Source of the DNA: Octopus sinensis
Lineage: Eukaryota
NCBI RefSeq assembly: GCF_006345805.1
Contig: NW_021833295.1
Coordinates: forward strand, 12,299-76,298
Direction of reading: 5' to 3'
Length of the DNA stretch: 64,000 nucleotides
The notes under the pieces are model-generated. The model had not been told where the DNA came from, searched no databases, and saw only the letters and a program-made list of their open reading frames with translations. Of the stretch, positions 37,060-50,031 are shown piece by piece (positions within the stretch are counted from its first letter, which is position 1; each line of letters starts with the position of its first letter). The position numbers and the translations under genes are program-made.

Positions 37060-37260
37060 AAAGTCTGCTACCAATTGCTAATGACATCATGAAAACATAC
37101 TTTGGGTCTTCTTCGAGACAGGCCACGGACGACACTACCACTGAGCATAAATAATGAACTAAAGCATGCCGGATTTTTACTAAAAATAGAGATGCCCTAG
37201 ACAGCCTTCGAAAAATAGCAATCTCAAGAGGGTGTGTCTAACAGACAAAATCGTCCAGGA
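37060..37260 (+). pseudogene. RTE-like LINE 3' relic
   Basis: ANDIMKTYF..RDRPRTTLPLSINNELK, matching the RGRP.TTL tail also seen at about 51900. Confidence 0.5.
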
Positions 37261-37583
37261 TTTAGCACAAGGGGAAAAAACATTATTAATTCCTTATTCT
37301 CGCGAATGTGCTAATAATTATCCCTCTGTCTTGGAAATTTCAAAATTTCTTCTGAGACTCGTTTTTGGTTTTAATCTGTCAGCAAATTCATTCTTTTAAA
37401 ATCTATATCGACGCTACTAATAGTTTTATATACAACCAGTGGGGGAGTGAATAAATAAACATCCACTCTCTGATTTCTACTGCAATTTTATTGGATTTTT
37501 TCATGCTTTGACCAACAGAGGTTAATTAGCGTTTTATCGCAAAATATTCGACAACATAGTAAATTAAGAGTGAAAAATGAGTG

Positions 37584-38703
37584 TTAGAAGGTGGGAATGT
37601 AATTGTCCATTTTATTGGTGTTCCCGTGAGTAATGCACTCACATATCCAACTAATGTTCCTGATTTCCTGTTCCTTCAGCCGGACAAATGAATAAAACAC
37701 GGAAAAACTGAACTGATTCATGAAGGAGTTGACATTCAGTTGCACCTCATGTTCCAACAACTTTTCCTCCAAGTCCTTACTCCCATCCTCGAAAATAAGT
37801 CGGTAGTCCTACGCTCGGGAACACAACCAACCGCATAAATGTCGGCCACCGAGCGCACCTGGTCGTAGGTGTCAGCCATGGCCAGGCGCATGTACCCAAA
37901 CGGGGAAAGTCGACCACAGTTGGGATACAATCTGAATCGGTCGTCCTTTGCCATTTCTGTGCGTCCGATGGAGTTTATTGTGATGAGAAAAACACGGCGG
38001 TCGGCCTCGAACTGCAATATTTCCTCCATCACTTGACGAGTCACTGAATCGAGAGTCCCCACATATTTATAAAAGTCCTCCAAATAGGCCTTGTACAGGG
38101 CATTCCGAATAATCTCAATGTTGGTCTCGTCCAAGTCCTGTTCCGACAGACACCCCGCAAAGTAGGGACCTACGTGAATCAAGCGACCCGACCCAGAGGA
38201 GTGTCCACCATTATGCTCCTGTACAAATCTTCGGATGAGGTAGCCAAGTGAACTGCCCCCATTTCGAGGAAACTGCCAAGGGGGTGACACTTTGGGAGAA
38301 GCTCGGCGATTGGGACGTCGTGTACTACGCCTGTGATGAGGAGGACGACATTCTCGATCATGTACCCATACCTGCCTTATCACTCACCACTACGTTATGT
38401 AGTCCAGGAACCGACTGAGTTGGCCTGTGGCGTGACTCCGAATGTAGTTGAATTGCGTCACAAAACTTTCTTGCAGTTTTTCTTCTATTTCGTTTACGTC
38501 CAGCACGTCCAGCTTGGAAATGGCCGTTTGATAGTCTGTTTCCTGGAGGTGGAGTTTTACGTCTAAGTGGGCACAGGTTGGGTACCTTCGAGGTTTTCCG
38601 ACTGCATCAGATTCTGGTAGTCCGACCTGGTTAGAAGACCTGATTTGAATCCCCGAACAATTCCTTCCAAATATCCGTAGTGAATGTTAAACGTGCAGCT
38701 CAT
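37584..38703 (-). CDS. ATP6V0D1: V-type ATPase V0 subunit d
   Basis: [21 protein letters not shown]|[39 protein letters not shown] and [14 protein letters not shown]; introns of 23, 22, 23 and 23 nt. Confidence 0.96.
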
Positions 38704-38962
38704 TCTAACACTGCTAATTAATTCTATCAAACCACAAAATGTTTATTAAATCGATTCTAATTCTATTTTATTTATCCCAATGAGCCAACTATTTTTCATC
38801 AAACAAACTAATTATTTTATTTGTGCAAATCTGGTTAGTTTTCTGCACGAAAGGAATGTGAATCCTTAATTTTTTAGTTCAAAAAATAACGCAGGGAACA
38901 TAGCATAACATCATTTCGTGACCTGTCTGTAAAAGTGCAGAAAAATATATTTAATTGACAAT

Positions 38963-39024
38963 GCTAGCAGTTGGTGGTATTCTTAGTGAGGCTTCCAAGT
39001 GGCACTTAGGAATACACTGCTGGC
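38963..39024. ncRNA. Candidate pre-miRNA-like hairpin (62 nt)
   Basis: GCUAGCAGU/ACUGCUGGC, GUAUUC/GAAUAC and UUAGUG/CACUUAG pair with a 5-nt bulge and a 14-nt loop; lies in intergenic DNA between NK2 and V-ATPase d. No expression evidence. Confidence 0.3.
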
Positions 39025-39203
39025 TGTACCACTCAATAAATTAATTAAATATCAATTCTCCGTGATTTAACAACCTGTCTTATCTGATCATGAGTTGTTG
39101 ACACTGTCCGGACAATGTAGGCCTGTTTCCTCGATTTGCTGACATCCGGTCAAAACAATGCCATTTTCACCAAATTATCACATGATAAAATCAACACTAA
39201 TAT

Positions 39204-40014
39204 TCATATATTATTCCAATTTTTAAAAGGTTTAACATCAAGTGAGTAGTCCCCTTTTTCCATTCGTTCCAAACAGACTTTCTGGTCCTCTTGGAAGTAT
39301 TTGTTTGACTCAACATCTAAAAGTAGTGACTCCTCTTTGTTTGGTTCGTCCGGGGCATTTTTTTCTTTCTCCTTGATATACTTCTTGTACTTGTAGCGAT
39401 GGTTTTGGAACCATATTTTTACTTGTGTTGTTGTCAGGTTTATGCTTTTGGCCAACTGTTCCCTTTCGGGGGCCGACAAGTACTTTTGAGATCGAAAACG
39501 TGTCTCCAACTCTGCGTTTTGAGCGGGGGTGAACAAATTCCTTCTCTTTCGCTTGGGGATGCTTGAATTGCTTATTTTCAACGACTCGTGTGGTCTGTAC
39601 ATGATGGGTTGTGTATTCATGCCTACATGTTTGAAACATGCAATCTGACTGTTAGAGTAGTTATGCATAAAATTGTGGAATTGGGAGTTGATTGGCTGTA
39701 CTTGGTAAGGGTATCGGTAATCATCTATATTCCTTTATTAGTAAAACAATACAAGAAAAACTGCCTTCCAGGGGCCCGTTTTTTCGATTATCGAGAGTAC
39801 AGTAGTGGAAGTCCTGGTAGTAGTTGGTAGGAGGCACATTATGGTAGTTGAAGGGTGTGATAGCATATTCGTTGGAAGGGGGAAAGTCCGTCGAGTATGA
39901 GGGCATTAGGGGATAATTCTGACTGCGCGGTACGGAATTGAACAAATTGTTATCCGTTGAGTTGTTGAGACGTTTTGAGTTTTGAGAAAACAAATTATGA
40001 GAGCTTGTCGACAT
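39204..40014 (-). CDS. NKX2-1/2: NK2-class homeobox transcription factor
   Basis: Homeodomain [38 protein letters not shown] (NK2 Tyr54); the upstream exon joins via a ~28-nt GT-AG intron near 39727-39754. Confidence 0.92.
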
Positions 40015-40310
40015 TATTTGGTGCACTCTCGACGTTTCTTAATTGTTATCAACCGTCGCCAATATTTCTTAACTAATTTATGAACGCTACGTGTTCCGCA
40101 TGTATTATACTCTGCAGAATATCAGTCGTGGACAAAAATTGTTCACTCATCACACATTATTGAATGGTTTCCTCAATTAATCCAAACGGAATGAGGACAC
40201 GAATAATAAATTTGATAATCCCGTGGAGATTTTTTGGGTGAATCCGTAATAAAAAGAGGTGGAAGATTATATTTTTTAATTTAAAATAAATTATCAGAGT
40301 GTTTGGTGTG

Positions 40311-42731
40311 ATGTCCTCGAAAATAAGAAGCATTCGAATATATTCGACAATAAACGTATCCGAAAGTGTTATTACCCCAGAATGTGGTCTGTGTGGGGTC
40401 GGAAGGCACGGTGGAGGACAAATACTGGGTACTGACTATCAACAGAAACGTCAGCCAAGACATGCTATTGGACTCAATGGAGGTACAGATATATATAATA
40501 GAGTCAAGGATCGGCAATTCAATCGCAGAGAACTCAACCACGTACTCAGGAAACACAAAGTAGAGTTCAAGGCAGAGGGAGGAGACAGTTGAGTGACCAT
40601 GACTAGTTGTAGAAGCCCTTCTGGCGTTCGGAATTCTGGGCTTTATCAAACTGGCGGACGGGTTCTACATGCTTGTAGTGACCAGGCGTTCGTACGTGGG
40701 GGATATTGGCCACCACAAAGTGTACAGCATTGCCCATGTGGAGAATATTTACATTTCCAACACGTTCAATATTGTCCAGAGCAGGACGGAGAAAAAGTGA
40801 TATTGTGAGAATATTGCAGACTGTACAATTTGTTTAGTTCGGTGGACTTGACATGCCATTTTTACTTTTCCTACACCTACGACATGACCAATTCTTACCA
40901 ACACAACAATCTTCACAACCAGCCTGCCAAACAGTTTATGTGGAATGGATTTCTCCTTAAACATCTCCGTAGTCCCATTTGGCGTCTCACCCTCGTCCAC
41001 GGATTCTTCAGGGAGTACAGTATGCCACTCTGCTCACATAGGAATTCACATATACGGAATCACACTGTCCATTGCTCTCCTCGCTCGAAGGTCGGCTCGA
41101 TTTGCAGGCACAAGGTATCTTCGACGAGGCAGTGACGGACGAGTACGTTTAGCTACTCACATTCAGGGCAATGTAGCCAATCAAGTAGAAATCGAACATA
41201 TTGTGTGTGACAGGTCTGTGGGTCTCCGAATTTCTTCTTTTGTTCAAATCAGGGGGTCAGTCCCACTTGTTTGGATGCAAGATTACAACACTGCCGGAAA
41301 AGACCTCCCATTACTCGTACTTTCATTTTCCTCAAAATAGTCTCCGTTTGTGATCCTCGATTCACTCTCACTGCTCGCCACTTTAATAAATTGCTGTACA
41401 GATTTGGATGTCCTCTTATTGTTCTCGACCTTGTTCGCAGAAATGTGACTTCCGACGAGTCCCAGTTGGGGGATCAACTCGAATCGGCTGTACAATACCT
41501 CAACCAATTCCTTCCGTCTGGAAACCGCATAGAAATCATACATTTCGACATGAAAAAGTATTAACCTATGTATATCAGTACTCCTAATGAACTGGTCTTG
41601 GGAAGGTTGAGGATGCTGAGTCGCCAGATTGTGGACAGAACTAAATACTACGAGTGTATTGGACTGGACGAGCAGATGACACAATCCGGGGTTGTTCGCA
41701 CTAACTGTGTCGACTGTCTTGACCGCACAAATATTGCCCAATTTGCCATCGGAAGATATGTTTTGGAACATCAGGCAATTGTTTCATTAATTAATGCAGA
41801 TATTTAATTTGAGTTTGATTTCCATTCCTCGGCTGCATCCTGAATCAATTTATTCTGTGTTTGCTTTTATAATTTAATTATTTTAGAACGTTTGAGAAAC
41901 TCTACGATGAAATGGGGGATGCACTTTCATTTCAGTACGCAGGCTCTGGTCTAGTGCACTACATTCGTTATTATTACATCCCCTCAGACATCATATCCAC
42001 GGCCACCGACATAATTCCCAATCTGTCACGATATTACAGCAACACATTCTTTGGTATGTCTGCATTTAAGGAAGACTAGATAAAAAGAAACAAGCCTCTT
42101 TGGACTTGTTTTTGGGTTTATCATGCGAGGACTCGATTCCGCACTCCTCGGAAGAACAGGCGAATGACCCAGCAGCAAATACACGGAAATACTACCGAGA
42201 TTGTGCGTGGTTTGATCGTCAAATGCTTCAATATTTTCCACATTCCCCCTACCAAAGTGCTTGACTAATTGACTTGTAGTGACAAGAAATGAATTGAATC
42301 CTCAAAGAGTGGAGAAAAGAACGGAGTTTCCATTGCTCTATTCGACCACGACATTTCTCGCTGAGCGATTCGTAAATGCAAAAGTTGTGAGGACAAACTC
42401 CGAATTCAATGATTTTTACTCAAAAGTTGACAAAAAAGCAGGAATAAACAAACCGGCTTCCAAATTGGTGTGGACTGCTCTGCGGGTTGAGACTGGTGAC
42501 TTGAAAATGCACAGAAAGTACTAGTTTGTGTCCCACGTCTCCAGTTATGTGGACGCGTCACGAAATGTGGTCAAATTCGACGACTGTGCCCTCCTCAAAA
42601 GCATACACAACTCATTTTCAGTCCCAGACTACAAACTGCACAAGAGAGGGGTACATAGTGCAGAAAAATTGCCACATGTCGACTCACATTCCATGCTAAT
42701 ATACCGCACAACAATCAAAGTTAAACAATAA
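40311..42731 (+). CDS. FIG4: SAC-domain phosphoinositide phosphatase FIG4
   Basis: [41 protein letters not shown] and catalytic [12 protein letters not shown]; last exon joined via a 27-nt intron. Confidence 0.92.
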
Positions 42732-42739
42732 AGTAATAG

Positions 42740-44062
42740 TCAACAAGCATGGTTGGGTGTCCATGGCCCCAAACTGGCAGATGCATAGTAGTCCATTGGA
42801 TAGTCCTCCCGCCACGGGGTTGCCCCAACAGCCACCATTCCTTCGTAGGGAGTCAACAGTGGTTTGTCATAAGCACGAGCCCAGTCAATGGAAAGACGAG
42901 GACAGGCAACCTGTACCCATCTGGGAATGCACATAACAAACATACGCGTCAATAGCATCCCCGAAATGTGCCATTCGTGTGGGCGACAGTTCTGATATAA
43001 GCACAAGGACGAACGACCGACGAGCCTTTTCGAATGTCTGTGCCAAACATTGCAGCACTTTGAGTGACCCCTGTCTCCCCAAAGTACCCAGAACTAGTCC
43101 AAAAGTATGTGCGGATGAGGCCAATTCAATATCCTTCCCACGGACACTCATCATTTGAGCATAGTCATAATATTCCCGTGTGAGTGTGCGCGTATAGGGA
43201 CTGTAACTACAAGGAATCAACCCACCCAACTTGTAGAGGGGAAGTCTCGGGTTAGCAATCATGAGAGCCTCGCTGTGGAATCTTCCATCGCCCACATAAC
43301 TGGAAATGAGTGGAGGACTGACATGATTAGATCCAAGTCCTCCAATCGAGGGGCAGTACAGCCGAGTACTTCACACGAGGAAAGAGGCTTCTCTCTGGGC
43401 AGGACAATATTATAGAGAGGCAGACAAGTCTTTAATTCCTAAAAATCATAAGCCGATAAGACATGAAGGCTTTTAATAAACTGGACTGTGCTCATCACAG
43501 CAATCCTCTCTCGGGGACTGAAATTGGCTTGAAGAGTGTCCACCAAGTGGGCAATATCGAAAGCAATGTCCACAAACACATACAGCAGACGAACAGACGA
43601 CATTTGACTGACGGAGACTAGAGTGGCCAAACATACCCACCCAGACAACTGTGGCCGTAATGAACCAGCAGATCCACGCCTAAGGACTCGGCAGTCAAGT
43701 CATCCACACAGCAGGCTCCGTAGATCACATCAGCCATTATGATTACACTCACTCCGGGGGAGAACCTGCACTCCATTAGGTTACAAACCGTTCGAGGATA
43801 TCCACAATCGTACAGGCAAAGAGGAATAGTCCTTCCGGCATTTGTAAGGCCACTGTTCGGGCTGATAGTTCTCTTATTCGCCAGAGTGTCTTTTCTATTT
43901 CAAAGTTGTAGTTTTCGGGTAGCTATCGTTAGTGGTGGAGGATACTGTTTTTATGGCTTCTTGAAGGGCCTTGTTGTCTTGGATGTCTCTGGGCATGCAA
44001 CGCCGGCCTCGATGTCTTCGAATATTCCCCACTTTTTCCACACTCACTTCAAAATTGCTCAT
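42740..44062 (-). CDS. DPH1: Diphthamide biosynthesis protein 1
   Basis: [78 protein letters not shown] and YPMDYY. Confidence 0.96.
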
Positions 44063-44114
44063 ATTGTCGATTCCCACTAGACCAATTAATATTTAAAATT
44101 TAAATATTTTATTA
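44063..44114. promoter_or_regulatory. 52-bp bidirectional promoter/5'UTR spacer between DPH1 and NTHL1
   Basis: Divergent ATGs at 44062 and 44115; central inverted repeat AATATTTAAA-A-TTTAAATATT at 44088-44108. Confidence 0.6.
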
Positions 44115-44858
44115 ATGAAACAGAATGAGGTGTGGTGGCACCAGTATAACGGGATTGTCAAAATGAGGTCCTCGATAACCAGTCCAGTGGACACAATGGG
44201 ATGTCACATGCTCGGGGATAAAAGAGCATCCCCCAAGGATTTCCGCTATCAAACCCTCATTGGAGCCATGTTGTCCAGTCAGACCAAAGACCAAGTGACA
44301 GCCCAGGCAATGGACAACCTCAGGACTAATTTGGCCAAAGTGGATGTCGAGAATGTGTCCAAACTGACCAAATCAGCCTTATCCAACATAATAAAACCAG
44401 TCGGCTTTTTCAACGTAATAATCCTGACTAGTCCAGTAGAAGAAGGCAGAATATATTCTGAGAGTGACGAATATGATCAGGCAAGAGGGGGACATTCCAG
44501 ACACATTGGAGGGTCTCTGCAGACTTCCAGGCGTGGGCAAGAAAATGGCCAATTTAGTCATGAATATTGCATGGGGAAAAAACGTGGGGATAGCTGTGGA
44601 CACACACGTGCATAGAATTGTCAATCGACTTGGATGGTTTGGAGGAGGTTGTGCAAATCCGGAAAAGACACGTCGACTGTTGGAAGCAAATATGCCCAGG
44701 TATTTGTCCAGGTTGAGTGAAGAGAGCATTGGGGGCAGATTAATGCTGTTCTTGTAGGCTTTGGGCAGTCCATTTGCACGGCCATTTCTCCAAAGTGTCA
44801 TTTGTGTGCTGTTTCTCCCCTTTGTCCTTATTTTTCCCTTAATAATAAAGATTTATGA
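44115..44858 (+). CDS. NTHL1: Endonuclease III-like DNA glycosylase
   Basis: APVDTMGC-like, [10 protein letters not shown], Hh[19 protein letters not shown] and 4Fe-4S C-x6-C-x2-C-x5-C; introns of 25 and 23 nt. Confidence 0.96.
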
Positions 44859-44944
44859 AGTTTGCTACAAAAAATGAATTTGATTATATCGAAATTTATT
44901 TATTAGTCATTTTGTGTTGTAATTTTAAATTTTAAATAATATCG

Positions 44945-45426
44945 ATGAAGTCTGTGGTGGAGTGTGATGATGTGGATAACGCCTGTGATCTGAGATATAT
45001 TTTCAAGTCCAATGTGCTAAAGAAGGAGGAAATAACAGACGAAGAACTATTATTTGGCCACAACAGTTCAATTCCAGGAGATTTCACTGTAACCCACATC
45101 GGGACACTCCCCAAAAGTGTCCATAGTCTTAAAAAATGTAAATTTCTTGATTTTGGATGTCAGTGGCGGCAGAAGTGAGGAAATGTCTCATCCACTCGCC
45201 TGAACAAGTCAAAGGCAGTCTCCAGAAAATAAATCCTGAGGAGGATTGTGCCACAATTGACGACTCCTGGTCTGACTGTGATTTATTCGACGATCATTCA
45301 GTCCTTAAAGCCTTGGAGGACAGCAGTCGGGATTCTGGGTTTAATGACACGACTGATGGCCTGCTGTGGGATGACCACGTTTCCGACCAGTTATTTTGTT
45401 CTGTTGAGAGTATTTACCCAGAATAA
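44945..45426 (+). CDS. Hypothetical acidic protein (~150 aa)
   Basis: Two ORFs joined in frame by a 26-nt GT-AG intron; Asp/Ser-rich, with a DSGFND motif; stop lies inside AATAAA. Confidence 0.6.
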
Positions 45427-45575
45427 ATCAATTCTTTTGGTTGTTTTTTAGGCAAAAATGTCTGAATAACGTGACAAGTTATTTTATTTATTTATCATAA
45501 TAAATAATTAAAAAAATTATATTGTAAAAAAATAAATAATTTATTTTAGAATACATTTTTAAAGTTAGTTGATAT

Positions 45576-47755
45576 ATGAATAGCCAAATTTATCTTTCAG
45601 GAATCGTCGAAGGTTTTTCTGGGCTTAATTTGAAAGGGTTTTATGGAATTTCGTGGACTCATTCACAAAGACTGGCCCTGTTCAATCGGATGGGCCAACT
45701 ACACCTCAACACATATATCTACGCCCCCAAGGACGACCCCAAACATCGACTGCAGTGGAGAGTTCTCTACGATGACACAGAACTAAGTATTTTTCTCACA
45801 TTCCTCAGACAATTTCCAAAAACTGATCGAAACCAGTTCGGAAAATAATGTGGAATTGATTTATGCCATTTCCCCAGGATTAGATATTGTCTACTCGTCC
45901 GGAGAAGATGTCCAAAAACTACTCGCCAAACTATGCCAAGTAAGGAGAATTAATCAGCAGATCCAACAACTCGGCTGCAATTCTTTCGGACTGTTTTTCG
46001 ACGATATTGACCTCAAAATGAGCGAGAGGGACCAAGCCGTGTTTCCGTCACTCGCGGGGGCTCAGGTCGACCTCACCAACCGAATATTCACGTATTTGAA
46101 TCCTCGTCTGTTCCTGTTCTGTCCGACGGGTTTCCCTGTCTGTTTAGTCGTAGTGTACTGTACGAGTTATGCAAACAAAAAGACATGTTGGGACTATTTG
46201 GTCTCCATTGGGAATTGTCTGCTGTCGGGAATAGACATTTTGTGGACTGGGGACTCGGTCATTGCCAGGACAATCAGTGCAGATTCTTTATCCTGCATAA
46301 ACTCGGTGATATGTCGACAGTGATTTGCAGATGATGAATCGTCCAGTGATAATTTGGGACAATATTCACAGCAATGACAGTCGCCAACATATGCTTAATC
46401 TTGGTCCCTACTCTTCGAGGGATCCGGGGATAATTCACGTGACCAGAGGAGTATTTCTTAACCCCAATATGGAATTTGAGTGCAATACGTTTCCTATTCT
46501 CACTTTTGTTGATTGGCTGAACTGGTCGGTCACCCAATCGAGTTACAAAGAGGCTCAACTTGGGTTTCTTGACCAAATCAACTCGTTCGATGACACGCCT
46601 GGATTCATTCACTCCAGAAAATTGTCTTCTGAGCCTATGGAGATTGACAGAGTTCAGTTGCCCCTTATTCGGGCAGTGGAGGTGTCTGATTTGGACGTGT
46701 TGATCAACTTGTTCTATCTCCCATTCGAATTCTCGGAGTCGGGAAGAGACATCATTTCCCAATACGCGTGGCTGACAGATAACTGTGGTTGTGCTCAGGG
46801 GAGAGTCGAGTCCCTCGCGTACTGTGAATGGAGGACAAGGATGACTTCCTTTCTCACCCAAATTGAGCAGATTGTGTTTGTGCTGGGCAGAATTGCCTCA
46901 ATGCCCAACCGACTAATTTCTGATGAACTGGCTCCCTACATTTGCCACCTCCGATGGACTCTTCAACACGTTTTTGTGGTTCTCACTTGGCTGAGTTGTC
47001 CGATGTCTTCATTCTGTAGATCTCGGTAAGTTCAGGGGCGACTTGATTCCCGGGAAGGAAAATAAAAGTGTAGACTTGATGGAATTCGATGCCATTGAGT
47101 CCGAATCGTCCATTCTCATCAACGAACTCAAAGTAGCACTCCATCTTATAGAAGCTTATTCAACCGATCGGCCACCTCCCTGATTTGACTCACCAGCCAC
47201 CCCTCCTTCTCTTTCCTCATTATAAGGTGGTTGTCTATGATGAGGCATTTCACGCTGTTTGTTAGTCCTTCTTTATTGTAGAATTTGGTTATGGACTTTG
47301 GGATTGTGTGGAACAGTTCTGTCGGGGGGGATGACTCGGTCCTTCTCCAAACAATGGCCATGGACTCTTTTTTTACCTTTTTGCTCTGTGATGTAGCAGA
47401 CGGGGACAGAATTGTCGGGTTTGTCACGGCCTCGGTGACACCGGAGGATTATAATGACTTTTATTTGAATCTCGTGGCTGTCGAGGGGATGAGTGATGGA
47501 GCCCTTTCCTTCATGAGGATGTGTCTGTCGGAGGATATGGGGGACCACAATGCAGTCATCCACTTGTTCGAGGCATTGAGCACGGCACTCCAATTCAACG
47601 GAATGGAGAGTGTGTATACTGAAGTGGCGGGGAGTGATGTGGAGATGATGGCTGTGTTGGCAGACCGTCTTGGATTTTCGGATGTGTCGGTTTTCTATCG
47701 ATTTCAAAAGAATATTCATATTTTCGGACGAACTTTTCACCCTATATCCAAATAA
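45576..47755 (+). CDS. OGA: O-GlcNAcase (GH84 + stalk + pseudo-HAT)
   Basis: GIVE|GFYG, YIYAPKDDPKHR, YAISPGLDI, catalytic FDDI, FCPT, WTG and IIWDNIH; C-terminal exon resembles the GNAT-like pseudo-HAT domain. Confidence 0.93.
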
Positions 47756-48392
47756 TTGTTTTAATCCATTAAAGAATATAATTTACGTCTACCAATTTCA
47801 TTTGACGTATCATTCCGGCTACTCATGTCGACTTAGTCAAAGGAAGTTTATAGATTTAGCAATTTTCAAATTCCAAAGTAAACAAGTTTATTTAATGAGA
47901 TATCAGTAGTGGATTACAAATCTGTCTGTGGTTCAAATACAAGATTATTTATTCCTCAATTGTGAAATCCAATTCGATAATTCTGCATCTTGAGACTGCG
48001 AATTAATTTTAGGAATAAGGGATTTTCGAACAGACTTGATATATTGACTTGGCCGCTCTGTTCCTGACCTTGTTATTTTCCTTTTATATAGATTCTATAT
48101 TATTTCATTTATTCCTGAATGGATTGTGAAATGGATTTTAGAAATAAGGAATTTCTCAAACAGACTTGACTCACCCAAGCAGTTGGAATGTTGTTGTGTT
48201 CGTCATAGTTCCATGAGTGTATTGATTGATAAGTATTTACGCCATTCGTGTAGCTCAACTATGCGTGTGTGCCACATTAATTATTTATTTACGTAAGTTA
48301 TATTTTGTATAAATACCGACAAGTAGAGATTTTTAATTTCTTAATTAATCATCACATTTAAGCGCCTCCAAAAAGAGTGACTTTGTGGTTCA

Positions 48393-50031
48393 ATGTGCAG
48401 TGCAGGCGACGACCAAGAGGCAGACCTGTCCATTGATAATATTAGAACACTGGACTGAGAAGAAACGACGACTCCCAGGACTCGACCAACTCCAGTCCAA
48501 TACTAAAAAGAAAAAAGCCCTCATCTCCACAACACAGCGACGATACAGCTGTCATTCCAATAATAATTCCGACAGAGTTCATGTCCCATTTGCCTCGAAC
48601 CGTGGACCAATTACGGACCCCACCGACTGTGTTCTCTTCGATGTGGACACTTGTTTGGATTCGAGTATTCCATTTTTCTATTCCTTAGTTGTATTCGTCG
48701 GTGGCTGATTTCTTCCGCGAATGGACGGTGTCCCAACTGCAACAAGAAAGCCCGGAGAGGTGACATCCGACTTCTCTACGTGCGGAGACTGACAGTTGGG
48801 TGACACATTCAATTCTTAGGCAGTCGACCACTCCGAATTGGAGGCTGTTCGAGAAGGGACTAATTTGGAGAGGAAACGACGACAAACTGCGGAAAGGGAG
48901 ATCTCCATGCTCAAAATGTACATCGAGGACTTGAGTGGTGAAATTCGTTTTTTGCGGAGAAGGGAGGTGACCTCTGTGCCCAATGAAGGGGATTTGGACG
49001 ACTTGTGGCACTACGAAGGGACTTGTCGAGTACCTCTTCCATCTGGAGTTTCATTTTTGGAGAAATATTAGGATAATGCTCGGTACAGAGTGATGACCCA
49101 CTCCCACGACGATTTGGTTGTGTCCCGTCGGTCTTCCAGTCGCCAAACCGTCAATTTTGCCGGGTTTGGAGTGAGGGTTTTCAAAAAACATGACTTTGGG
49201 AGAGTGCAGGATGTCCACCTCCATGGGGGAGTCATTCGAGATTTGGCAATTTCTGAGACTTGCCCAAATCTGCTGCTTTCAGTGGGATTCGACAAATGTG
49301 CTAAAATAACAGACGTGCACAATTCGTGTGTGCTTTTCAATTTTTCTCTCCCCACTGCTTTGTGGTCGTGTTGTTGGAATTCAGTCGAGTCGTCTTATTT
49401 TTATGTCGGAGGGTCCTGTGGGTGTGTCGATGTGTTTGATATTCGAAATCTCACTCGTGTTTGTCAATTTCCTGCACTCAACAACTCCCCTGTCCACACT
49501 TTGTACTCAGATCGGAATAGTCTGCTTGTCGGACAAACACAGTCCATTTCATTCTGCATTGAGTGTATGACAGATCACTATCGGCGGATGGAATGTCCTC
49601 TCAATGCCATGATTTCCTCAATTTCTGTGGATGCAGAATCACGGAATGTTTTGGCCACCTACAGACAGTCATCCGCCACCACCAACGTCAATCGGCTTGA
49701 GTTGTACAAACTTGACAGTCTGATGGAAGAGGGTGGATACAAAGGGCCTACTCATGCTTTCAGCAATCCGGGGTCTGGTCCGTCCGTCCAGCGCTCTTCC
49801 GTGTTTACAAGACCTAATTTTCCAGATGATGTGATTGTGTGTGCCAGTGATCAACAAACTCCGAAATTGAACGTGTTTTCGACTGGTTGTCCCCATTTTA
49901 TGAGACAAATTCCTGTCGATGGAGTTCCACTCGATGTTCTTCCCTACGGAAGTTGTCCTTCTAACAAAAATTTGTTGGCTGTTCTCAATTCGAAATCTCT
50001 CCAAATATATCGACTATCACAAAAAGAATGA
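48393..50031 (+). CDS. RFWD3: RING and WD40 E3 ligase RFWD3 (5' end uncertain)
   Basis: [28 protein letters not shown]|[14 protein letters not shown], coiled coil, then [24 protein letters not shown]40 region. Confidence 0.93.
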
